The translations under genes were made by a program, and so were the position numbers. Under the pieces are notes generated by a model, which saw nothing but the letters and a program-made list of their open reading frames with translations, did no database searches and had not been told where the DNA came from. A stretch of 64,000 nt of DNA. It comes from Acidimicrobiia bacterium. Its GTDB lineage: Bacteria > Actinomycetota > Acidimicrobiia > Acidimicrobiales > SZUA-35. Of this stretch, positions 55,705 through 63,734 are shown one piece after another. The DNA lies in NCBI GenBank assembly GCA_029863385.1, contig JAOTVU010000002.1, positions 19 to 64,018 on the forward strand. Direction: 5' to 3'. How positions within the stretch are numbered: the first letter of the stretch is position 1; the number at the start of each line of letters is the position of its first letter.

Positions 55705-56781
55705 ATGCCGATGCCGATGCCGGTGCCGATGCCATCGATTCCGCCGTCGACATCGGCCGGTTGGATGGGCTCGGACCTCACCGCGACCCCGGAGCGTTGG
55801 GCTCGGCGATGGACCGACGGCGAGCTCGAGGATCTGTTCAGCCTGACCGCCGACGTCCTCGCCGATCAGGACCTCGATCTCACCCGATTCGATCCGGCCG
55901 GACGCGTGCCGCCGTCGCTGCAGAAGCTGACCGACCAGATCCGAGCCGAGCTCATCGACGGCCTCGGCTTCACGCTGCTCCGGGGGTACCCGGTGGGTGA
56001 GATCGACCGCCGAACCGAGGCGGTCGGCTTTCTGTTGCTCGGACGGTTGCTCGGGCCGCTTCGGTCACAGAACGCCCAGGGCCATCTGCTCGGCCACGTG
56101 ACCGACCTCGGGCGGGATCCGGCCGATCCGACCACCCGCATCTACCAGACCAGCGACCGTCAGACGTTCCACACCGACTCGGTCGACGCCGCCGGGCTGC
56201 TGCGCCGGGTGACGGCGGCGTCCGGCGGTCGATCGTTGCTGGCCAGCGCCGAGACCGCTTACCGGCTGGTCGTCGAACGCCGCCCCGACCTCGCGCCGCA
56301 CCTGTTCGCCCCGATCGCCACCGACCGGCGGGGTGAGGTGCCCGAGGGCGCCGACCCCTGGTTCGAGATTCCCGTGTTGTCGTGGTACGACGACCGGTTG
56401 ACCGTGATCTACCAGCGCACCTACATCGACTCGGCGGCCCGCCTCGCCGGCGCGCCCCGCCCGTCCGCCGAGCAGATCGCCGCGCTCGACCTGTGGGACC
56501 GGATCCTCAACGAACCCGACGTTCACCTGGCGATGGATCTCGAACCCGGCGACATCCAGTTCGTCCACAACCACACCTTGCTGCACCACCGCACCGGCTT
56601 CGTCGACCACGTGGACCCGACCCGCCAAAGGCATCTGCTGCGACTCTGGGTGTCGCTGCCGGGTGACCGTCGACTGCCGCCGGTGTTCGCTCAGCGCTAC
56701 GGCTCGGTGACGGTCGGCGATCGGGGTGGGATCACCGTGACCGACACCGAGCCATGCGTGCCGCTATTCCCTCCCGAGTGA
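55705..56781 (+). CDS. TauD/TfdA family Fe(II)/2-oxoglutarate dioxygenase
   Basis: ATG 55705 after GGGGG. The HTDSVD (HxD) facial-triad motif, the distal HNHTLLHHR and the conserved R in QRHLLRLW fit the TauD fold. The N-terminus is MPMPMPVPMP. Confidence 0.75.
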   Translation: MPMPMPVPMPSIPPSTSAGWMGSDLTATPERWARRWTDGELEDLFSLTADVLADQDLDLTRFDPAGRVPPSLQKLTDQIRAELIDGLGFTLLRGYPVGEIDRRTEAVGFLLLGRLLGPLRSQNAQGHLLGHVTDLGRDPADPTTRIYQTSDRQTFHTDSVDAAGLLRRVTAASGGRSLLASAETAYRLVVERRPDLAPHLFAPIATDRRGEVPEGADPWFEIPVLSWYDDRLTVIYQRTYIDSAARLAGAPRPSAEQIAALDLWDRILNEPDVHLAMDLEPGDIQFVHNHTLLHHRTGFVDHVDPTRQRHLLRLWVSLPGDRRLPPVFAQRYGSVTVGDRGGITVTDTEPCVPLFPPE

Positions 56782-58425
56782 CTCCAGGAACCGCGGGACC
56801 ATGCGGGCGCCGCGCTGGGCCTCGAAGCCGGATCCCAGTTTGATCAAGGTCGGTTCGTCCCACTGGCGGCCCATGAACGTGAGACCGACCGGTAGACCGA
56901 ACGAATCGCCCATCGGCACGGTGATCAGCGGATAGCCGGCCATCGCCGCATACGACGATGTGCCGCCGAGGAAGTGGTCGCCGTTGACCAGGTCGGTCGG
57001 CCAGGCCGGCGAGCCCGTCGGCCCGACGATGGCGTCGAGATCGTGTTCGGCGAAGACGGCGTCGAGGCCCTCGGTTCGGGAGATGCGCCGGGAGTCGGCC
57101 AGCGCCTGGGCATAACCGGGGTCGTCGATGCCGCCCCGGCTCTCGGCCAGGTCGAAGATCTCCTGGCCGAACCACTTGAGTTCGGCGTCGGCGTTGGCGT
57201 TGTTGAAGGCGATCAGCTCGGCCAGCGTCTTCGGCCCGCCGTCGCGGGTCTCCAGATAGAGGGCCATGTCGGTCTTGAACTCGTACAGCAGCACGTCGAA
57301 CTCGGCCGACGACGAGCTGAACTCGTCGAACGACGGGAACTCCACCGGGTCGATCACCACGGCTCCGGCGGCCGATAGCGCTGCGACCGCGTCGTCGAAG
57401 ATGGCGGTAGTCTCCGGGCTGTTGAACAAGAGCTGTCGGGCCACCCCGATGCGGGCCCCGGCCAGGCCGTTCGAGTCGAGGAACTGGGTGTAGTCGGTGA
57501 AGAAGTTGCCGGCCGAGTCTGCGGTGGCGGCGTCACGGCCGTCGACGCCGGTCATGGCACCGAGCACGGCGGCGGCGTCGGCCACGGTTCGCCCCATCGG
57601 GCCGATGGTGTCCTGGGTGCGGGAGATCGGGACGACACCGGCCCGGCTGGTCAACCCGACAGTCGGCTTGATGCCGACGATGCCGTTGGCGGTCGCCGGG
57701 CACACGATCGATCCGTCGGTCTCGGTGCCGATGGCAACGGCGGTGAGGTTGGCCGACACCGCGGCCCCCGAGCCCGATGACGACCCGCACGGGTTCCGGT
57801 CGAGCACGTACGGGTTACGACACGCGCCGCGTCGGGCGCTCCAGCCACTCGAGCTCTGGAACCCGCGGAAGTTGGCCCACTCGGAGAGGTTGGCCTTGCC
57901 GAGGATCACGGCTCCGGCCTCTCGCAGTTTGGCCGCGACCGTGGCGTCGGCACCGGGACGGGAATCGACCAGGGCCAGCGAACCGGCGGTGGTGAGCGTC
58001 GAGTCGTCGGTGTCGATGTTGTCCTTCAGCAGGATCGGAATCCCGTGCAGGGGCCCGCGGACGTTCCCCTGCTTGCGCTCGCGATCGAGCGCCGTGGCGA
58101 TCTCGATCGCATCGGCGTTGACCTCGATCACCGAACGAAGATCGATGGGCCCGTTGTCGATCTTCTCGATCCGCTGGATGTAGGCCCGGACGAGTCGGGC
58201 GGCGCTGAGCTTGCCCGCCGCCATGGCGGCCTGCATCTCCGCCACGGTCAGCTCCTCGAGGTCGGAGTGAGGGCGGGATTTTCGACTGGACATGGGATGA
58301 GACGTTGTAGCAGCGACCGCAGGGCTCGCAGTTGACCCGACTGCCACCGCTGCGGCCGCGGCGGCACCGTGCTTGAGAAAGCTCCGACGGTCAATCGATG
58401 ATTCGGACGATTCCGTGGCGAACAT
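56764..58425 (-). CDS. Tat-exported amidase (amidase-signature family)
   Basis: Twin-arginine signal SIDRRSFLKHGAAAAAAVAVGS. GSSSGSGAAVSA signature and GTETDGSIVCPA. Its 3-prime end overlaps the convergent TauD-like gene by 18 nt. Confidence 0.85.
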   Translation of the reverse strand: MFATESSESSIDRRSFLKHGAAAAAAVAVGSTASPAVAATTSHPMSSRKSRPHSDLEELTVAEMQAAMAAGKLSAARLVRAYIQRIEKIDNGPIDLRSVIEVNADAIEIATALDRERKQGNVRGPLHGIPILLKDNIDTDDSTLTTAGSLALVDSRPGADATVAAKLREAGAVILGKANLSEWANFRGFQSSSGWSARRGACRNPYVLDRNPCGSSSGSGAAVSANLTAVAIGTETDGSIVCPATANGIVGIKPTVGLTSRAGVVPISRTQDTIGPMGRTVADAAAVLGAMTGVDGRDAATADSAGNFFTDYTQFLDSNGLAGARIGVARQLLFNSPETTAIFDDAVAALSAAGAVVIDPVEFPSFDEFSSSSAEFDVLLYEFKTDMALYLETRDGGPKTLAELIAFNNANADAELKWFGQEIFDLAESRGGIDDPGYAQALADSRRISRTEGLDAVFAEHDLDAIVGPTGSPAWPTDLVNGDHFLGGTSSYAAMAGYPLITVPMGDSFGLPVGLTFMGRQWDEPTLIKLGSGFEAQRGARMVPRFLESLGRE

Positions 58426-58615
58426 GTCAGCCGACTCCTCCGCCCACGCCGCGTGGCTTCAGGTGGTGTCATGTGCCGCTCGCACCCACCGCTCAATCTA
58501 GTCCGATCGAACCCTGCGATCGAATCGACGCCACCAATCCCATACCCAACCGTGCGCTCGTCGCCCGGGTTTCCGGGTCTGGGCCGCACAGTTGGGAAGC
58601 ACTGAGGGCGAGGAG

Positions 58616-58659
58616 ATGGTGCAGTTGTACCAATTACTGCTATAGATGGTACAGTCGTG
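58616..58659. promoter_or_regulatory. operator block, copy 2: ATGGTGCA-GT-TGTACCA-N14-TGGTACA-GTCGTG
   Basis: TGTACCA at 58626..58632 and TGGTACA at 58647..58653. The trailing GTCGTG contains the first possible start codon (GTG 58657) of the downstream flavoenzyme gene. Confidence 0.5.
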
Positions 58660-61206
58660 CGAATGGCTGTTCCTGATCGAGCTCGGGTCGTCATCGTCGG
58701 CGGTGGCATCACCGGAGCCAGCCTCCTCTACCACCTGGCCCATGAGGGCTGGACGGACACCCTGCTGGTCGAGAAAGCCGAGCTGACCTCGGGTTCCACC
58801 TGGCACGCCGCCGGGCAGGTCACCCACTCGGTGTCGAGCTACACCCTCGCCACGTTCCGCAAATACGCCTGCGAGCTCTACGCCTCGTTGGAGGCTGAGA
58901 CCGGGGTGGCCACCACCTGGCATCGCTGCGGCAGCTTCCGTGTCGCCTACGAACCGGTGGAGGTCGACTGGCTGCGAGGCCAGCTCGGCCTGGCCGACTA
59001 CGTTGGCAACGAGATGCACTGGGTCGACAAGGCGTTCATCGCCGAGAAGCACCCCTTCTACGACGTCGACCAGATCGTCGGCGCCGTGTTCACTCCGAAC
59101 GACGGTCACGTCGACCCGTCCGGCGCCACCAACGCCCTCGTCGCCGGGGCCCGGGCTCGGGGGGCGCGGGTCAGTCGCCGCAACCGGGTGCTCAACATCA
59201 GCCGCCGGCCCACCGCCGACGGAGGCGGCTTCGACGTGGTCACCGAGCAGGGCACCATCGAGGCCGAGCATGTGGTCAATGCGGCCGGCTGTTACGCCCA
59301 CCGGGTGGCGGCCATGGTCGGGCTGTCGGTACCGATGGCAAACGCCCTCCACACCTACCTCCTCACCACCCCGATCCCTGAGTTCGCCTCCCTCGACCAC
59401 GAGCTGCCGGTGATGCGGGACGACTACTTGTCGGGCTATGTCCGCCAGGAGCAGGAGTCCGGCCTCATCGGCATCTACGAGCAGGTCGACGCCGAGGCCG
59501 CCTGGGTCGGACCCGACCACCCCGAGGGTCCCGACTGGTCGCTCGAAAGCCCGCTGTTCCCGGCCGACTACGATCGCATCGGCTTCTGGTTGGAGCGGGC
59601 CTTCGAGCGGGTGCCGATCCTCGCCGAGCACGGGATCAAGCAGGTGATCCGCGGCGCCATCGCCCACACGCCCGACGGTGAGCCGCTGCTCGGTCCCTCC
59701 GGCGTGCCGAACTTCTGGCAGCTTGTCGGCGTGCAGGTCGGCATCGCCGACGGACCGGGCCTCGGCCGCGAGCTGGCCCGCTGGATGGTGCACGGCGAGA
59801 CCGGTGTGAGTCTGCGGGCCTACGACGCCCGCCGCTTCGGATTCGTTCCGCCCGACGACGCAGTCCGCTACGGCCGCATCAAGGGCACCGAGGACTACGA
59901 GTTCCGGCACCAGACCCCCATCCCCGGCCTCGAGCATCCGGCCGAGCGACCCTACCGGCCGACGCCGCTGGTGGAACGGTTCCGGGATCGGGGGGCGGTG
60001 TTCACCCAGGTCTACGGGTGGGAGCGACCCAAGTGGTATCCGACCGTGGCCGGTCTGCCGCAGACCGACGTGGTCGCCTTCCGCCACACCGACTGGTTCG
60101 AACCGGTCCGGGATGAGGTGCGGGCTGTCCGTGAGCGGGTCGGAATCCTCGATTCCACCGCCTTCGCCAAGTTCGAGCTGACCGGCCCCGACGCAGCCGA
60201 GGTGCTCGACCGGCTCACCACCAACACGCTTCCCGCCGTCGGCCGCATCGGCCTGACCTATCTGCTCACCCCGACCGGGCGGATCGAGGGCGAGATGACG
60301 GTGACCCGGCTCCCCGCCGATGACGGTGCCGATCACTTCTACCTGGTGTCGGCTGCCGTCGGCGAGCAGAAGGACCGGGAGTTCTTCGAGACCCACTGGC
60401 CCACGATCGACGGCCGGCCGGCCGGTGCCGAGCTGCGGGTCGTGTCCAGTGACTACGGCGTCATCACGGTGGCCGGGCCGGTGAGTCGGGAGTTGCTCGC
60501 CCGTTGTACGTCCGCTTCGCTGGACAACGACTCGTTCCGCTGGCTGGCGGCGCAGGTTATCGACGTGGCCGGTGTTCAGACCCGGGCACTGCGGGTCGGC
60601 TTCGTGGGTGAACTCGGCTGGGAGCTGCATGTGTCGACCGACCAGCTCGGCGTCGTCTACGACGCGTTGTGGTCAGCCGGTGAGGACCTCGGGGTGGCCA
60701 ACGTCGGGAACCACGCCCTCGACTCGCTCCGCATGGAGAAGGGCTACCGCATCAGTCGCGATCTCACCCACGACGTCGGTCCTGACGAGGCCGGGCTCGA
60801 CCTCTTCGTCAAGACCGATCACCCGGCCAAGGGCGACTTCGTCGGTCGGGATGCGCTGCTGGCTCGGCGAGCTGCGGCCTCCTCGGGCGAGTACCCCTAC
60901 CGGTGGCGGCTGGCCTACCTGGCGGTCGACACCGATGTCGCCGACGTGCACGGTTCCGACGCGGTGTATCGGGTGAATGGTGATGGGGTGAACGGTGACG
61001 GAGCGCCGACGGGCCGCCCGATCGGTCTCGTCACCACCGGCGCCTACGGCTACACCGTCGACCAAGGTCTGGCGTTCGCCTACCTCGCCCCGGAGCACTG
61101 CCGGCCGGGCACCGAGTTGTCGGTGCGGGTGATCGGCGAGCAACGCCCCGCCCGGGTCCTCGGCGAGGCGATCTACGACCCTGCCAGTTCTCGACTGCGC
61201 ATGTGA
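58657..61206 (+). CDS. FAD-dependent oxidoreductase fused to a GcvT-like aminomethyltransferase domain (dimethylglycine/sarcosine dehydrogenase family)
   Basis: VVIVGGGITGASLLYHLA dinucleotide-binding motif, STWHAAGQV (covalent-FAD His region), and a C-terminal folate-binding GcvT-like part (GELGWELH, RMEKGY). Start is GTG 58657 or ATG 58663. Confidence 0.85.
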   Translation: MRMAVPDRARVVIVGGGITGASLLYHLAHEGWTDTLLVEKAELTSGSTWHAAGQVTHSVSSYTLATFRKYACELYASLEAETGVATTWHRCGSFRVAYEPVEVDWLRGQLGLADYVGNEMHWVDKAFIAEKHPFYDVDQIVGAVFTPNDGHVDPSGATNALVAGARARGARVSRRNRVLNISRRPTADGGGFDVVTEQGTIEAEHVVNAAGCYAHRVAAMVGLSVPMANALHTYLLTTPIPEFASLDHELPVMRDDYLSGYVRQEQESGLIGIYEQVDAEAAWVGPDHPEGPDWSLESPLFPADYDRIGFWLERAFERVPILAEHGIKQVIRGAIAHTPDGEPLLGPSGVPNFWQLVGVQVGIADGPGLGRELARWMVHGETGVSLRAYDARRFGFVPPDDAVRYGRIKGTEDYEFRHQTPIPGLEHPAERPYRPTPLVERFRDRGAVFTQVYGWERPKWYPTVAGLPQTDVVAFRHTDWFEPVRDEVRAVRERVGILDSTAFAKFELTGPDAAEVLDRLTTNTLPAVGRIGLTYLLTPTGRIEGEMTVTRLPADDGADHFYLVSAAVGEQKDREFFETHWPTIDGRPAGAELRVVSSDYGVITVAGPVSRELLARCTSASLDNDSFRWLAAQVIDVAGVQTRALRVGFVGELGWELHVSTDQLGVVYDALWSAGEDLGVANVGNHALDSLRMEKGYRISRDLTHDVGPDEAGLDLFVKTDHPAKGDFVGRDALLARRAAASSGEYPYRWRLAYLAVDTDVADVHGSDAVYRVNGDGVNGDGAPTGRPIGLVTTGAYGYTVDQGLAFAYLAPEHCRPGTELSVRVIGEQRPARVLGEAIYDPASSRLRM

Positions 61207-61241
61207 TTGCGCACGTAATGGAGTATGTGAAGGTGACGCCA

Positions 61242-62063
61242 ATGGCAAGTTTCAACAGCAGGGTCCAACCGGTCCATCGTCGCTACCGGGCGTACGCCGG
61301 ATTCGTCACCACGCCTCAGTACTTCGACGACAGCCCACAACAGTTCCTGCAGGTGGCGCCGCCCGGGACGGGGATACTGCAGCGGGTCAATCACATTCCC
61401 GACTACGACTACGAGTTGGAGGAACGGGCCACGAACTTCGGTCTTCTCGAGGAGTCGGCCGTCTGCCTCGGGCGTTCGTTCTGTCAGGTGATCGGCCAGG
61501 TCGGCTCCAACTGGGTGCATTGCAACGGCACGTCACCGGCTGACATCGAACGGATCTGCGACGACATCTCGAATACCGCCGGTGCCCGTTTCCTCATGGC
61601 CGGTCACTGTCTGGTGGAGGGCCTCCGAGCCATCGGCGCCAGGTCGATCACCGTGGCCAACGGCTACTACCGGCCCGACTGGTCGGCCGGGATCAACGGC
61701 TACCTCGAGGCGGCCGGATTCGAGATCCTGTGGGCCGGCGATCTGATCGATCAGGGGCTGGTGGCCGATGAGGCCGCGAAGCTGGCCATTGAGGCCGCAA
61801 CCCTGTGGGACTACCCCAACCACCTGATGATCGCCGCTGCGGTTGGCGCGTGGGAGGCTGCGCCCGAGGCGGACGCCATCGTCCAGACCGGCGCCGGGTT
61901 CCGGATGTTGCAGGTGGTCGACACCATCGAAGGGCAGACCGGCACACCGGTCGTGGCGTCGGACTTCGCCCTCTACTGGGCCATGCTCCGGGAGCTTGGT
62001 CTGCCCGCCGCCCCCGGGTACGGATCGCTACTTGCCACGCTCGGCCCCGGCGGGGATCGGTAG
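61242..62063 (+). CDS. Asp/Glu racemase superfamily protein (maleate isomerase / arylmalonate decarboxylase-like)
   Basis: ATG 61242 after GAAGGTGA. The family call rests on overall length and on the blocks SITVANGYY and DAIVQTGAGFRML. Moderate confidence. Confidence 0.6.
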   Translation: MASFNSRVQPVHRRYRAYAGFVTTPQYFDDSPQQFLQVAPPGTGILQRVNHIPDYDYELEERATNFGLLEESAVCLGRSFCQVIGQVGSNWVHCNGTSPADIERICDDISNTAGARFLMAGHCLVEGLRAIGARSITVANGYYRPDWSAGINGYLEAAGFEILWAGDLIDQGLVADEAAKLAIEAATLWDYPNHLMIAAAVGAWEAAPEADAIVQTGAGFRMLQVVDTIEGQTGTPVVASDFALYWAMLRELGLPAAPGYGSLLATLGPGGDR

Positions 62064-62070
62064 GTGGCCG
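62049..62070. repeat. 22-bp perfect direct repeat, left copy (GGCGGGGATCGGTAGGTGGCCG)
   Basis: Identical to 62940..62961. The flanking bases differ on both sides. Contains the stop codon (TAG 62061..62063) of the racemase-like gene. Confidence 0.9.
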
Positions 62071-62113
62071 GTCTGGTGACGGTCGGGCCGCATGATCGCC
62101 GACGTCGCCGGCT

Positions 62114-62785
62114 TCACGGCAGTTCACCGATGGTGACGGACTGGAGCTCGTTGCCATCGGCGTCGAACGACGTGAGCTGCATTCTCCCCCGTTCACTCCG
62201 CCACATGACGAAGGCGAACCGGCCGTTCGGGATGATCGTGTACTCGGCACCGTCCTCAGTCACTCCGGTGACCGACGCGGTATCGTCGGTGACACCGATG
62301 TCCCAGCTCTGCCAGACTTGCGACACGGATCCGCCCATTTCCCGGAGTCCGATTTCGACTCCGGCGTCGGGACCGTCGCCGCAGCTGGAACTGCTGCCGT
62401 GGGGACCGGTTCTCATCGTGCACCAGGCGATTCCGGGCATCGCAGCGGAGCCCGTGAACTTGGCTTCGAAGAAGTCGACTCGACCACCGGGGGTGCGGAC
62501 CCATCCAACGTGGCGCGCCGATCCGGGCACCGGCTCGCCGCCGGCCGGATCGAACTCGACGATGCGATCCATGAGTTCCTCGCCGGTCAAATCGCCCGGC
62601 TGTATATCGAACTCGAACATCTCCGGCCAGGTCTGTTCGGGGCCTGGGTTCGGCTCAAGGGCGAAACCGCCTGGGGGATCGAGCACGGGCATGGCACCGT
62701 CGTCCTGGAGCCCGAGAGTCGAGCAGCCGGTCACCAGAATCGACGCAACGACGATCGCGGCAGTGGCCAGGAGAACCGACTTCAT
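62114..62785 (-). CDS. hypothetical lipoprotein
   Basis: MKSVLLATAAIVVASILVTGCS has a signal plus lipobox. 223 aa. It is the only gene inside the segment bracketed by the 22-bp repeats, and it lies on the opposite strand to its neighbours. Confidence 0.65.
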   Translation of the reverse strand: MKSVLLATAAIVVASILVTGCSTLGLQDDGAMPVLDPPGGFALEPNPGPEQTWPEMFEFDIQPGDLTGEELMDRIVEFDPAGGEPVPGSARHVGWVRTPGGRVDFFEAKFTGSAAMPGIAWCTMRTGPHGSSSSCGDGPDAGVEIGLREMGGSVSQVWQSWDIGVTDDTASVTGVTEDGAEYTIIPNGRFAFVMWRSERGRMQLTSFDADGNELQSVTIGELP

Positions 62786-62871
62786 TGCGGACCAACCACC
62801 CTACGCCCGATCAGCCCCATGGGCATCGCCTTTCGTGCCGCCGGGGTTCCCTCCTGGCTTGGTTCATCCAA

Positions 62872-62883
62872 CTGGTATACCAG
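62872..62883. promoter_or_regulatory. perfect 12-bp palindrome CTGGTATACCAG upstream of the lipoprotein gene
   Basis: Read directly at 62872..62883, 87 nt upstream of the minus-strand start at 62785. Confidence 0.35.
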
Positions 62884-62939
62884 GGTTTGCGCCGGGCTCA
62901 CGGTCGGATCGGACGGTTTTGAACGACACACCCCGAGCG

Positions 62940-62961
62940 GGCGGGGATCGGTAGGTGGCCG
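62940..62961. repeat. 22-bp perfect direct repeat, right copy
   Basis: Identical to 62049..62070. Contains TAG (62952..62954) immediately followed by the GTG start (62955) of the downstream gene. Confidence 0.9.
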
Positions 62962-63734
62962 TGCGAACGGGCGGGCTGCCGGCCGTCGAGCTGCCGACGC
63001 CGATCCTTGCGTTGTGGGCGGTGCCACGGTCAACCTCGACCGCCTTCGAGTGGATGATGCGCCAGCGAGGTGACATGACGTGTTTCCACGAGCCGTTCGG
63101 TGAGGTTTGGTATCAGGGCGATGAGCCGATGTGGCCCCGCTATGAACCAGGCGTGTCGGTGCGCACGCCGGGGCTCACCTTCGAGTCGCGATGGGCGGAG
63201 CTGACGTCGGCGGCGCAGGAGCGGCCGGTGTTCATCAAGGACTTCCCCCACTACATCGAGTCCTTCTGGAGCGACGGGTTTCTGGCCCATTTCACCCACT
63301 CGTTCCTGATCCGTGACCCGCTGAAGACGTTGCTGTCGATGGAGTCCAAGTGGCCCGACTTCCACTTCAAGGAGACCGGGTTTCCGGAGCAACGCCAGTT
63401 GTTCGACCGGCTGTGGGCCCAGAGCGGCTCGCCGCCTCCCGTCATCGACTCCGACGATCTCCTGGAGCAGCCGGATGCCGTGGTCGAGGCCTGGTGTGCC
63501 GCAGTCGGCATCCCGTTCCTGCCCGAGGCCTTGTGTTGGGAGCCGGGTCCTCGCGACGAGGTGAGCTGGTGGGACGACGGGGTGTTCCACTCCACGCTCC
63601 GCAACTCGGACGGGCTGAAGCCCCAACCGGGGCGTGAGGTGTCGCTCGACGAGGCGCCGGAGCGGGTGCGACATGTCTCTGCGATCGTCCGCCCGCACTA
63701 TGACGCCATGTGGGCGCACCGTATTGTGGTCTGA
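62955..63734 (+). CDS. sulfotransferase-like P-loop protein
   Basis: LWAVPRSTSTAFEWMMRQRGD resembles the PAPS 5-prime-phosphosulfate-binding loop region of bacterial sulfotransferase-family proteins. 259 aa. GTG start, exact position uncertain. Confidence 0.5.
   Translation: MAVRTGGLPAVELPTPILALWAVPRSTSTAFEWMMRQRGDMTCFHEPFGEVWYQGDEPMWPRYEPGVSVRTPGLTFESRWAELTSAAQERPVFIKDFPHYIESFWSDGFLAHFTHSFLIRDPLKTLLSMESKWPDFHFKETGFPEQRQLFDRLWAQSGSPPPVIDSDDLLEQPDAVVEAWCAAVGIPFLPEALCWEPGPRDEVSWWDDGVFHSTLRNSDGLKPQPGREVSLDEAPERVRHVSAIVRPHYDAMWAHRIVV

Noticed and set aside
62868-62886. Similarity of AACTGGTATACCAGGG to the DasR-responsive element (ACTGGTCTAGACCACT).
   Set aside because: The half-site spacing differs: TGGT-AT-ACCA here versus TGGT-CTAG-ACCA. 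No GntR/HutC regulator or amino-sugar genes are nearby. I kept it only as a generic palindrome.
62049-62961. Integron gene cassette or IS/MITE explanation for the 22-bp-flanked insertion.
   Set aside because: I found no attC-like imperfect inverted repeats with GTTRRRY core sites, no terminal inverted repeats next to the direct repeats, and no integrase or transposase in the window. A 22-bp duplication is longer than typical transposition target-site duplications. The mechanism is left open.
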